Positions 38,031 to 46,739 of a stretch of 64,000 nucleotides of DNA are shown piece by piece. Within the stretch, counting starts at the first letter, position 1, and each line of letters starts with the position of its first letter. The DNA is taken from positions 414,692-478,691 of the forward strand of contig NZ_CP104395.1 in the NCBI RefSeq assembly GCF_029207735.1, read 5' to 3'. Source of the DNA: Candidatus Nanohalococcus occultus (GTDB taxonomy: Archaea > Nanohalarchaeota > Nanosalinia > Nanosalinales > Nanosalinaceae). Below the pieces are notes generated by a model. The model had not been told where the DNA came from, ran no database searches, and worked only from the letters and a program-made list of their open reading frames with translations. The position numbers and the translations under genes are program-made.

Positions 38031-38723
38031 TTGCTACCGAAATATTGTAATATGTCGAAGTCGGAACAGATCGAGAAGATTGAACTCGGCAGCAATGATG
38101 TAAAAGCCCGGTTTGATTTACCACGCGGAGAAGCGGAAGGGGCGATACTCTTGCTACCTGGTATAAGCTCGGGGCCTTTCGGAGGTATTTTCGATCAGTT
38201 CGCAGAAAAGGCCAAGGAAGAGAATTTTATGGTCATGAGATATGAGAGCTGGGAGAATTTACCAGAACTCCAAGAAAAAACTATGGATTCAATAATTAAG
38301 GAGATTAACGAGGCCCTAGAATATCTAGAGAGCCTTGATACTGAGAGAACTTATCTGGTTGCGAAAAGCTTTAGTGCAGGAATGATATTGGCAGGAAAAA
38401 TTGACCGGGCAGATAAGATAACTTTGTGGGCTCCGGCAATAGGCTTTCAGGAAAAGTCAAATATTGAGGAATTAAGGGAAAAAAGACTAGGAGGGATTGA
38501 CGATGTTACCGATATTAAGATTGATTCAGAATATATAAAACAAGAAGTCCCAGTCAAGATTATTCACGGTGTAGAGGATGAGGTTGTTCCGGTTGCGAAC
38601 TCTGAGAGCATAGTTAGTGGTATTTCTGAGGCAGAAATCGAAAAGCTGATGGAAACCGGTCATGCTTATGAAGGTAAAGAAAATGCGCTCATAAGGAAGA
38701 CGATTGAGTTTTTGAATCAATAA
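38031..38723 (+). CDS. Alpha/beta-hydrolase (dienelactone-hydrolase/esterase-like)
   Basis: ILLLPGISSG, nucleophile elbow region VAKSFSAG, IIHGVEDEVV and C-terminal HAYEG. Confidence 0.55.
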   Translation: MLPKYCNMSKSEQIEKIELGSNDVKARFDLPRGEAEGAILLLPGISSGPFGGIFDQFAEKAKEENFMVMRYESWENLPELQEKTMDSIIKEINEALEYLESLDTERTYLVAKSFSAGMILAGKIDRADKITLWAPAIGFQEKSNIEELREKRLGGIDDVTDIKIDSEYIKQEVPVKIIHGVEDEVVPVANSESIVSGISEAEIEKLMETGHAYEGKENALIRKTIEFLNQ

Positions 38724-39099
38724 AATTTACCAGTTCAGATTCACCTTCAGATCTGTATTCATCAATTATATCTTCAACATAGGGATTTCGCAAATCTAAT
38801 TCCTCAACAGCCTGGTAATCGCCCCACTCGTAATCTCTTACCGTATCTTCGAAAGGTACATCAGGATTATTTTTGGCAGTAGAACAGTAAACGAAATCAA
38901 TGACTCTGCCCTCTGTTGTATCCGATTCATCAATGTAGATTCCTAGCAGATCCTCCAACAGGTGTAGGATCTCTACATAGGATACACAGCGAATCAGGAG
39001 GATCCTGTAATAAGCCAGATGAAAGAAGAAGTGTCTAGTAAAGTGGAGGAACGGTTCTAACGGAAAAGTTCAAGTAGAACTTGGTGAGAAAGAGTCGAA

Positions 39100-39600
39100 T
39101 ACTTTCTACCAAAATAATCTTGTGTTGAACAGGAAACTCATGCCTCTGGCTAGAAAACAATATTCGTTGATCAAATACAGCAAACGGCGGAGGACAAATC
39201 ACGGGATTCTGAGAGAAAACTGATAGGATACCTAGGAAAACAAGTTCTAGACTCAAGAAGTAACTCAGATCAATCTCTAACTGAAGAGATAACAAAGCAT
39301 ATCCAAGAGGAATTCGATCAATCCGACATCTACGAAAAACAATATTCGAATTCAGCCTCCAGTTCTTGAAAAGCCATTTCTCTACGGCTTCAGGGAGTCT
39401 GACACAGATTGCGTTTTCTGTCTTAACGACGTCCACATACTCCTAGCCCTACCTCGTTCACCTGTGAACGCAAAAATGAACGAACCGCCAAGATTATCTG
39501 AATTCGATTCACTTGAAAACGCAATCCAAGCCAAAATCCAGCACTACAAAGAAGTCGCCGAAGAACTGGCGGAGGACCGGTAACCAATGGAAGACTCCTC
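39100..39600 (+). pseudogene. Frameshifted, stop-riddled gene remnants
   Basis: Protein-like plus-strand stretches in three frames interrupted by stops (e.g. KHIQEEFDQSDIYEKQYSNSASSS*, MNEPPRLSEFDSLENAIQAKIQHYKEVAEELAEDR*). Confidence 0.3.
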
Positions 39601-39636
39601 AAACAACAAGGATACTTAAAAGACCGGACCTCAGAG

Positions 39637-39891
39637 GACAGACTGGTACAACTACATGTCCGGTTCCGACGCTCAACACTGGAAGAGATTGAAGAAATCA
39701 GTGACGGCATGAAGTGGACGAAAGCCAGTGTCGTCAGACACCTAGTAGAGATCGGACTTTCTGAAAGCAACTTCGCTTCTGAAGAACCTTTCCTGAAGTA
39801 CAAGTGCCTCGAGTGTTCTCAGGAGCTATTCCATGTTGAGGAAGATCGGTATGCCTGTGATAACTGCGGCTGTAAAATGGAAGTGAAATAG
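39637..39891 (+). CDS. Ribbon-helix-helix (CopG-like) protein with C-terminal CxxC...CxxC zinc ribbon; RHH part lacks an in-frame ATG
   Basis: Frame open from 39517. RLVQLHVRFRRSTLEEIEEISDGMKWTKASVVRHLVEIGL is a canonical RHH, followed by CLECSQ...CDNCGC. The only ATG (39709) lies inside the RHH, so the 5' end may be disrupted. Confidence 0.4.
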   Translation, partial: DRLVQLHVRFRRSTLEEIEEISDGMKWTKASVVRHLVEIGLSESNFASEEPFLKYKCLECSQELFHVEEDRYACDNCGCKMEVK

Positions 39892-39893
39892 AA

Positions 39894-40247
39894 ATGAAAC
39901 CTGGCGATATCTTTGAGAAGGACTTATCGGAACTTTTTGACGATCCGGAAATACGTGACTTGGCCTGGTTCATGTACAAGATGAACGATCAGAGCACGGA
40001 AGAAGTAGGAGAGAAAGTAACTACAGTAGACGAAAAAGTAGACTCCATAGCCTCAACATGGGGAAAGCTCATGGAAAATGAAGACTTCAGGGAACTGGAA
40101 GAGAAAGAGCAGAAAATGATCTGGGAGCTGATCAAGATTCGGGAGAATGACGGTCCGAAGAACCAGACAGAAGTGGCGGAACAGTACGGAGTCACCGACG
40201 CGCATCTATCCCAGCTCAAGGAGAAGATAAACAAACTAGGGCTATAG
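39894..40247 (+). CDS. Hypothetical protein with C-terminal HTH
   Basis: QTEVAEQYGVTDAHLSQLKEKINKLG is HTH-like; start 3 nt after the previous stop. Confidence 0.4.
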   Translation: MKPGDIFEKDLSELFDDPEIRDLAWFMYKMNDQSTEEVGEKVTTVDEKVDSIASTWGKLMENEDFRELEEKEQKMIWELIKIRENDGPKNQTEVAEQYGVTDAHLSQLKEKINKLGL

Positions 40248-40460
40248 ACGAGCGCCCATCCCGGTTAACTTCTTAATCTTCTTTAACTTCTTAACCGGAA
40301 AAACGACTGTTCTGAAGCAGTCATTCAACTGGTCGAAAAATCGACTCAGTGCCTGCGCCAAGACCGGAACGGGTCCGACCAATCTGCTATAACTTACACG
40401 GACAGTTGATCACAGAACAGCTTAACTTCCAAATTAACTCATCGAGGTGATGGAGTCTGT

Positions 40461-40754
40461 CTACTTCAGCTTTACCTTGCTACCTGTTTTCTCTACTTTA
40501 TCTGCTTCTTCAAGCTCTTCTAGTATACTGTCCAGCCTGTCTTCATCCATTATCGGTGCGGCCTTCAACACAATTCTCAAGTCATCCATTTCTGCCTCGC
40601 CGTCGAGGTTCTTCAAGTACATCAAAACTCTCTTTGCACCTTTCGATAAGTTGTTCTTGTTCGCCAGCATTTCTGCTACTTCATCGTCTGACTTCTCCTT
40701 CAGCTTCTGTTCAATTATCTCATCTAGGAAAGGATCAATCTCGTCTGCATCCAT
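40461..40754 (-). CDS. Hypothetical small acidic protein
   Basis: 97-aa ORF. Confidence 0.3.
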   Translation of the reverse strand: MDADEIDPFLDEIIEQKLKEKSDDEVAEMLANKNNLSKGAKRVLMYLKNLDGEAEMDDLRIVLKAAPIMDEDRLDSILEELEEADKVEKTGSKVKLK

Positions 40755-40900
40755 ACTAGTAGTTTATTCGGAGGCAAGAGTTTAGTAAATATGTCTGACA
40801 AGACGTTTTATGATCCTTTAGAGGTAATCAAGCACTTCCTTTTGCTTCTTTTTAAGCTCAGGTAGTTTGATCAGATTTTCAATCCAGATGTCAGTGAGGA

Positions 40901-41066
40901 AAACAACATCTACTTCTCCTGAATCGTCTTTCCCTAAGATATTTTTGTCTCTCAATTCTTTACAGGCCCGTGAAATTTCGCTCAAACAACATCTACTTCT
41001 CCTGAATCGTCTTTCCCTAAGATATTTTTGTCTCTCAATTCTTTACAGGCCCGTGAAATTTCGCTC
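40901..41066. repeat. Exact tandem duplication, 2 x 83 bp (40901-40983 and 40984-41066)
   Basis: Two identical head-to-tail copies. 83 is not a multiple of 3. Confidence 0.9.
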
Positions 41067-41464
41067 TTATCATTGTAATCAGAAAACTTTCTTATCTCTT
41101 CGTGGGTTACTTCTCCTTCTCCCTCAGCCAGTATTAATGTGCTAGTAATAGCCTTCTTTGTAGCATCTGAACTTTTGCATAATTCAGATACTGCTTCTCT
41201 TCCTTCATCCGTTTCTAGGACAGATTCTTGTAGCTCAATTTCTACCTGTTCGGACTTCTGCGTTACCTGGATATCAGTCGAAGTAGAAATCCTACTAATA
41301 GTCGGATTCGAATCTACAAGAGATCCAAGTATTTCTGGTATATAATCTTCCTCTACTTCTGAGCTCTTCAGCTTTTTCTGTGCTTCTACCAACTTTTCGA
41401 TGTCATCCTGCTCTATCATTTTAGACTCTCCACATATTCTTCTCCTGTTTCGGTAAGCATCCAC
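40982..41464 (-). CDS. Hypothetical protein, C-terminally truncated by the 83-bp duplication
   Basis: The frame reads through copy 2 and hits a TGA created exactly at the copy junction (40982-40984). A single-copy allele would extend about 27 aa (FLTDIWIENLIKLPELKKKQKEVLDYL). Confidence 0.45.
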   Translation of the reverse strand: MDAYRNRRRICGESKMIEQDDIEKLVEAQKKLKSSEVEEDYIPEILGSLVDSNPTISRISTSTDIQVTQKSEQVEIELQESVLETDEGREAVSELCKSSDATKKAITSTLILAEGEGEVTHEEIRKFSDYNDKSEISRACKELRDKNILGKDDSGEVDVV

Positions 41465-41697
41465 TTTTTCTTCCCATCTTTTTCTCCATCCTTCATGAAT
41501 AATTCCTTACTTTCTGCAGCCTTTGAGACTATATCTGGCATGTTTGCAGGTCTTTTCCATTTACACAACTTGAAGCCCTGGCTCAGATCATAGGTGTCAA
41601 AGTTTTCCTTTCCTTCATGCTTCTCCAAGTACCTTACAACTACCGTAGCCTTGTCTGCATAAGTTTCGGGATTAAAGTCTCTCTTGAAATCACTCAT
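41416..41697 (-). CDS. Hypothetical protein
   Basis: 93-aa ORF overlapping neighbours at both ends. Confidence 0.3.
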   Translation of the reverse strand: MSDFKRDFNPETYADKATVVVRYLEKHEGKENFDTYDLSQGFKLCKWKRPANMPDIVSKAAESKELFMKDGEKDGKKKWMLTETGEEYVESLK

Positions 41698-42179
41698 CTC
41701 AACAGGTGTTTTAACATCGTTCTTGGAGTCGGAAGATCGTTAGGATCTGTACGCTTCTTATCCTTCTCAGGTACGTATGCTTTGAAACCCTGCGGTAGAA
41801 GAGGCGATTCCTCAGGTTTGGATGATAGTTCGTGGAACTCCAGAAGCCGTTTGATTGCAGACTTATACTCCATCTTGGTCTTCGCCGAGCAATCCTTGCT
41901 GTAGTACTCCGAGTTTTCTATCTGTCCGAGAACTTTGTGGATCTTCCGTTTGCTTTCCTCGTCTTCCTTCAGGTTGTCGAGTCGGAAGTCGTTGTGTTCA
42001 AGGATCTGTTTGAGTGAGGAAAGGTAACGGTACTGTCTAGAGGTACTGGTGCTGCGTAATGCGTTCCAGTCTTTGAACTGTTCTGCTAGTTTTTTGTTCT
42101 CCTCGCAGATAGTGGAGGAGTTCTGTATTTTTCTAGAAGCTGTTTCGAGTCGTTGTTTGTATTGGTGTAGGTCTTTCAT
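41694..42179 (-). CDS. Tyrosine recombinase/integrase N-terminal (SAM-like core-binding) domain only; catalytic domain absent
   Basis: EENKKLAEQFKDWNAL...YRYLSSLKQIL...EYKSAIKRLLEF resembles the integrase N-terminal domain. Ends with the start of the catalytic-domain pattern (TDPNDLPTPRTMLKHLL) and no RHRY region. 114 nt from the tRNA-Leu 3' end. Confidence 0.45.
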   Translation of the reverse strand: MKDLHQYKQRLETASRKIQNSSTICEENKKLAEQFKDWNALRSTSTSRQYRYLSSLKQILEHNDFRLDNLKEDEESKRKIHKVLGQIENSEYYSKDCSAKTKMEYKSAIKRLLEFHELSSKPEESPLLPQGFKAYVPEKDKKRTDPNDLPTPRTMLKHLLR

Positions 42180-42292
42180 TTGTGCGGGTCACGTGCAACT
42201 GACACAAAGTGCTTGATCGTGACCTCCTTAAAAACCGCGAATCGGACCCTTTAGCGGACAAAAAGTTGCCCGATTATGAGTATAAGCAGTTG

Positions 42293-42376
42293 TGCGGGGG
42301 ACAGGATTTGAACCTGCGAACCGCTAAGGATAGGAGCCTAAATCCTACGCCTTTGACCGAACTTGGCTACCCCCGC
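42293..42376 (-). tRNA. tRNA-Leu (anticodon UAG), type II with long variable arm
   Basis: Acceptor GCGGGGG/CCCCCGC; D region GCCAAGTTCGGTCAAAGGC; anticodon arm TAGGA-TTTAGGC-TCCTA; 13-nt variable arm; T arm GCAGG-TTCAAAT-CCTGT. Confidence 0.8.
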
Positions 42377-42500
42377 GAAACTTCCTAATACTATGGTTGA
42401 ACGTAAACCCTTTAAAACGTGTCCAACTGAATCCGGCTCGGATCTCTGCCAATGGATTTAATTGTAACCTGTTAAATCAGTCTAGTAGGAGGAACTATAC

Positions 42501-43133
42501 TTGAATTACAACGGTCTAGAGTTTTCATGGAAGGGGCATTCGACGGTGAAAGTCGAAGACGAAGGATTCTCTCTGGTTGTCGATCCTTTCAACGGTTATG
42601 TTGACCGGGAGGCCGAGCTTGTACTTGTAACACATGACCATGAAGGTCATTTCGATCCCGAGGCCCTGGAAAAGGTCTGTGGGGATTCAACCTGTCTGGT
42701 TGTCCCGGAAAGCTTCGAAGGCAAGGAGCTTCCGTGCCGGGATGTAGAGTATGTAACCGAGGGCGAGGTTATTGATGTCTTCGGTGTGGAGATCGAGGCC
42801 GTACCTATGTACAACGGGCATCACGAGCAGGGAGACGGGTTCGGGTACCGTTTCGTGATGAACAAGACCTCTGTCTACATCGCAGGAGACACCGGGTTGA
42901 TCAAGGAAGCCTCCCAGCTTGAAGGAGTAATCGATGTCGCGTTCCTGCCGGTGGAAGGGGTTTACACCATGGATGTTGAGGATGCGATCCAGATGGCGGT
43001 TAGAATCAAACCCTCTGTTGTAGTTCCTTACCATTACGGCGAACCGTTTTTCCCGGATGCAGAGGTTGATCTGAGAGGTCTCCGCGCTGAACTTGAAGAC
43101 AGAAATATCCGGTGTCAAGTGTTAGACAGTTAG
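42501..43133 (+). CDS. Metallo-beta-lactamase-fold hydrolase
   Basis: LVLVTHDHEGHFD (HxHxDH) and downstream His/Asp ligands. Confidence 0.7.
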   Translation: MNYNGLEFSWKGHSTVKVEDEGFSLVVDPFNGYVDREAELVLVTHDHEGHFDPEALEKVCGDSTCLVVPESFEGKELPCRDVEYVTEGEVIDVFGVEIEAVPMYNGHHEQGDGFGYRFVMNKTSVYIAGDTGLIKEASQLEGVIDVAFLPVEGVYTMDVEDAIQMAVRIKPSVVVPYHYGEPFFPDAEVDLRGLRAELEDRNIRCQVLDS

Positions 43134-43423
43134 TCTTCTAGAAGATCCTTGAGTTGTTCTCCGTAGTCATCTCTCAAAGTTTTGAGCTTCCAGGAGGTTC
43201 CGGTTGTATAAGCATCTCTTATCTCGTCGTCTTCGATCCCCAGGTAGTCTTCAATTTTCTGGAACCGTTTTCCAACCATTTTAGGGCTGATATCCGTGCC
43301 GTATTTTTCGTTCAGCCGTCTTGCGATGAACTTGGATTTGTAGAGGTCTTTTTCGGTTTCAAAAATGAACTCGACTGTTTTCTCCAGAACTTCATCGGTT
43401 TCCGAGGCTTTAGACATAAACAC
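43130..43423 (-). CDS. Hypothetical protein
   Basis: 97-aa ORF. Confidence 0.35.
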   Translation of the reverse strand: MFMSKASETDEVLEKTVEFIFETEKDLYKSKFIARRLNEKYGTDISPKMVGKRFQKIEDYLGIEDDEIRDAYTTGTSWKLKTLRDDYGEQLKDLLED

Positions 43424-43500
43424 GGTTTAGGGAAGGCAAGGTTAAATTCTCTGGGTAGAAGAGGGAAAATAAAGAAAAATAAGAAGGGTTTGTGCGCTTT

Positions 43501-43941
43501 CTAGAATAATGCGCCTACAAGATCTTTCAGCAGGTCGATTACCCCGAGTTTTAGCTTGCCGCTGGTTGAAGTAGCGCTGTAGGTTATCTCATCTTCCTTG
43601 ATGGCGGTAACCGTTCTCTGTAACGGATCGTTGGACGAGGCGATATCATCTAAGGTCTGTCTTTCCACGTAGCCGTTGATAGTCTCGTTTTCAACTCCTC
43701 CGAGCTGAACCTTTTCGGCCTTAATACCGTCCATTACTACGCCAATGGTTGTTATATCTCCGGATTCGTTGATCTCAACGTTGATCCGTTCGCCGCCGAC
43801 TATGCTGGCGAGAAAGTCCGGTACCTGATCTGTCTGATTATTGTAAACCGTCCTTGCGTCTTCAACTGAGTCAGCTGTCTGTGCCGCTCCAAAGGCCGTG
43901 ACGGCTAGAACCAATGTAGCTAGAACTAAAGTCTTCTTCAT
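43501..43941 (-). CDS. Secreted hypothetical protein
   Basis: Signal peptide MKKTLVLATLVLAVTAFGAAQ. Confidence 0.45.
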   Translation of the reverse strand: MKKTLVLATLVLAVTAFGAAQTADSVEDARTVYNNQTDQVPDFLASIVGGERINVEINESGDITTIGVVMDGIKAEKVQLGGVENETINGYVERQTLDDIASSNDPLQRTVTAIKEDEITYSATSTSGKLKLGVIDLLKDLVGALF

Positions 43942-43973
43942 GTAAACTAAGGTGTCCTACCTGAATATATTAT

Positions 43974-45695
43974 TTATTTCACTGTAACGCTTTTAGCCAG
44001 GTTCCGTGGCTTATCCGGGTTGTTCTGTTTTTCCAGCGCGGTCAGGTAAGCAAGCTCCTGGAACGGAATCACTTCCAGTATCTCCCGGTTTTCATCCTCA
44101 GGAACCTTGATGAAATGCTCGAAGCCGTTTACAGGCTCGGTTCCTACACCGATAAGATCGGCGCCACGGCTACGTGCCTCGATAGCATTCGATTTGATCT
44201 CCTCGCCGCCGTGTTCAAGGAAGGCAAAGACCGGTACGCCGTCTTCGATCAGTGCGAGGGTTCCGTGCTTGAACTCGCCGCCGGCAAAGCCTTCGGCGTG
44301 GATGTAGGAAAGCTCCTTTAATTTTAATGCGGATTCAAGCGCTAGCTCCCGGCCAAGATTCCGTCCGATAAAGTAAGCATCATCCTTTTCCGCCAGGTAC
44401 TTTGCCAGCTCGTTTATCTCGGATTCATTTGTTTTCAGAACCTCATCGACTTTTTCGGCTGTCTTGATCAGCGAGCTGCGTCCGGCATCCGTCTCGCCTT
44501 TCGCAACGTAGCTGATGAGCTTCAAGGCGGTTAGCTGGGCGGTAAAGGCTTTCGTTGATGCGACTCCGATTTCCGGACCTGCGTTTACGTATATCTTGTG
44601 ATCGGATTCGCGCGCCAAGGTCGAGCCTACAACGTTTACGATCGCGAGCTGACTTGCTTCTGTCTTGTCCAGCGCTGAAAGCAGGTCTGCGGTTTCCCCA
44701 CTCTGGCTTACCGCGATAACGAGATCGTCTTCTGTTATCTCATCGGCACGGTACTCCAGTTCGTGGGCCTGTTCGACGATAGGTTTGTAACCGGCATCAC
44801 GCAGGTACTTGGCTCCTAGTTCGGCAGCATAGCTTGCGGTCCCGCAGGCTGTCAGGTAGATGTTTTCCGCTTCCTCGATCATGTCTACGGCTTTGTCCAG
44901 GTCTTTTTTGTCCTGGAAAGCTGCGCGTTTGATAGTACTTTTCTGTTCCCGTATCTCTTTTTGCATGTAGTGGCTGTGACCGGCTTTCGTGGCCTCTCCG
45001 GCGTTCCAGTCGATCTCCTTGATCTCTCTGTCAACCTGCTTGCGTTCGTTAAACACCTTCAGATCTCCGTTAAGTATAGCGACGTCTCCGTCTTCGAGAA
45101 ACATTGCTTTCTTGGTGTGTTCCAGGAACGCGGTGAAGTCGGATGCGATAAACTTCTGGTCTTCTCCCATTCCTATGACGAGAGGAGAGTCCTTTCTGAA
45201 CGCTAGTATGTCTCCGGATTCAAGCAGGCATGTTACTGCGAAAGAACCTTCCAGTTTCTCCATGGTCTTGTGAGCTGCTTCCTGAAGCGTGTTCTCCTCC
45301 AGGAACTCTTCGATAAGGTGCGGTATTACTTCTGTATCTGTTTCCGATCTGAACGTGTGTCCTCTTCCCTTTAGTTCTTCTTTGAGCTGTTCGTGGTTGT
45401 TGATTATTCCGTTGTGTGCGACCGCTATCTTTCCTTCGCAGTCGGTGTGTGGGTGAGCGTTATCATCTGTTACGCCGCCGTGTGTTGCCCATCGGGTGTG
45501 TCCAATAGCCGATTCTCCTGAGCCAATCTCCTTGATAGCGTCCTCTACCTCGCCTGTTCCTTTCTTAACATGGATTTGATCGTCCAGCCGGGCGATACCT
45601 GCTGAGTCATATCCTCTGTACTCGAGGTTCTTGAGGCCTTCAAACGCCTTTTCAGTGGCTCGGCTTCCTTTTTTCACTGCGACAATTCCGCACAT
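43974..45695 (-). CDS. glmS: Glutamine--fructose-6-phosphate aminotransferase
   Basis: MCGIV N-terminal nucleophile; two SIS domains; 573 aa. Confidence 0.9.
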   Translation of the reverse strand: MCGIVAVKKGSRATEKAFEGLKNLEYRGYDSAGIARLDDQIHVKKGTGEVEDAIKEIGSGESAIGHTRWATHGGVTDDNAHPHTDCEGKIAVAHNGIINNHEQLKEELKGRGHTFRSETDTEVIPHLIEEFLEENTLQEAAHKTMEKLEGSFAVTCLLESGDILAFRKDSPLVIGMGEDQKFIASDFTAFLEHTKKAMFLEDGDVAILNGDLKVFNERKQVDREIKEIDWNAGEATKAGHSHYMQKEIREQKSTIKRAAFQDKKDLDKAVDMIEEAENIYLTACGTASYAAELGAKYLRDAGYKPIVEQAHELEYRADEITEDDLVIAVSQSGETADLLSALDKTEASQLAIVNVVGSTLARESDHKIYVNAGPEIGVASTKAFTAQLTALKLISYVAKGETDAGRSSLIKTAEKVDEVLKTNESEINELAKYLAEKDDAYFIGRNLGRELALESALKLKELSYIHAEGFAGGEFKHGTLALIEDGVPVFAFLEHGGEEIKSNAIEARSRGADLIGVGTEPVNGFEHFIKVPEDENREILEVIPFQELAYLTALEKQNNPDKPRNLAKSVTVK

Positions 45696-45835
45696 TGCTG
45701 TAATAGGTTAAGGGGCTGGTATTATAAGAAATCCGGTTCGGCTCTGGTTTGACTAAATAAGTTTTCGGTGCGGAAAAGACGTCGAAAAACCGCAACCAGT
45801 AAAAGATTTATTTGACCAGGTATAGTTGGTAAGTT

Positions 45836-46738
45836 ATGCGTGCGTTTAGAGATAACGGAGATGAACTTCAGGCCGAGGAACTGAACTCTGAACAGCTTGA
45901 AGCACTGAGCAATCAAATAAGACAGCAGATAGTAACCGGACTAGCAGAAAAACCTATGTATCCTGCTCAAGCCGCAAGAAAGTACGGTTTAAGCAAGCAG
46001 AGAGCGCATTACCATTTTAAGAAACTGGAAAAATCCGGTTTGATCTCGAAAACCGGGCAGACAGAAAAATCAGGTGGTAAAGCAGATATTTACTCGCCAG
46101 CGGCCCAGTTATACTACTATGATACCGGAGCTGACGGAAAGAAAGCAGTTATGCCTGATATTGATGAGGACGTACAGAACTTCCTAGGTACGTTAGTGGA
46201 CGGAAGACGTATAGAAGGTGTTGTTGTCGCAGGATCGGCGGACCAGCACGGCCCTGATCAGGTCCGCGCACGTGACGGGCATCTAACTGCGGAGATAACC
46301 GCTAAGCTCGGAAACTACGGACGGTTCCAGTCACGTTCAGTGGCACTGGATACCGAGGTATCACGAGATGGTTCCTACGAGCAGAATATATTCATACTGG
46401 GCGGCGTACTCACCAACACAGTTGCGAAAAAATTCAATGAACAGTTCCCGGCGAAGTTCACGGGAAAAGAGTTTCCCTACCGTGAGATTTCCACTCCGGA
46501 AAATACCTACACCGAGCCGAACATAGGCGTTATCACGAAGACTGAGAACCCGGAAAACTCTGAGAAAACGGTTTTCATGGCAGCAGGAGTGCGGAACCAG
46601 GGAACTGAGGCAGCGACCCGTGCGTTCCACGACCTCGAGGAGATAGCACCGGAGCTTGTAGAAAAACATTACCTGATAGTTAGAGGGCTTGACAACGACG
46701 GTGACGGCCGGATCGACGGTTATGAGGTAATAGAGTAG
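45836..46738 (+). CDS. Winged-HTH (ArsR-like) protein with about 200-aa uncharacterised C-terminal domain
   Basis: LSNQIRQQIVTGLAEKPMYPAQAARKYGLSKQRAHYHFKKLEKSGLI; stop at 46738 next to the ATG of the following gene. Confidence 0.5.
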   Translation: MRAFRDNGDELQAEELNSEQLEALSNQIRQQIVTGLAEKPMYPAQAARKYGLSKQRAHYHFKKLEKSGLISKTGQTEKSGGKADIYSPAAQLYYYDTGADGKKAVMPDIDEDVQNFLGTLVDGRRIEGVVVAGSADQHGPDQVRARDGHLTAEITAKLGNYGRFQSRSVALDTEVSRDGSYEQNIFILGGVLTNTVAKKFNEQFPAKFTGKEFPYREISTPENTYTEPNIGVITKTENPENSEKTVFMAAGVRNQGTEAATRAFHDLEEIAPELVEKHYLIVRGLDNDGDGRIDGYEVIE

Positions 46739-46739
46739 G

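Larger units (their letters stand above)
38689..42292. mobile_element. Putative degraded integrated element / genomic islet abutting tRNA-Leu
   Basis: Truncated tyrosine-integrase N-terminal domain next to the tRNA 3' end. RHH/HTH module, frameshifted remnants, short orphan ORFs, 83-bp tandem duplication. AT-richer than its surroundings. att sites not identified. Confidence 0.3.

Noticed and set aside
39035-39803. Minus-strand ORFs 39035-39436 and 39423-39803
   Set aside because: Cys/Ser/Leu-rich, non-acidic translations in a region whose plus strand shows decayed protein-like fragments. Treated as spurious ORFs within a pseudogenised region.
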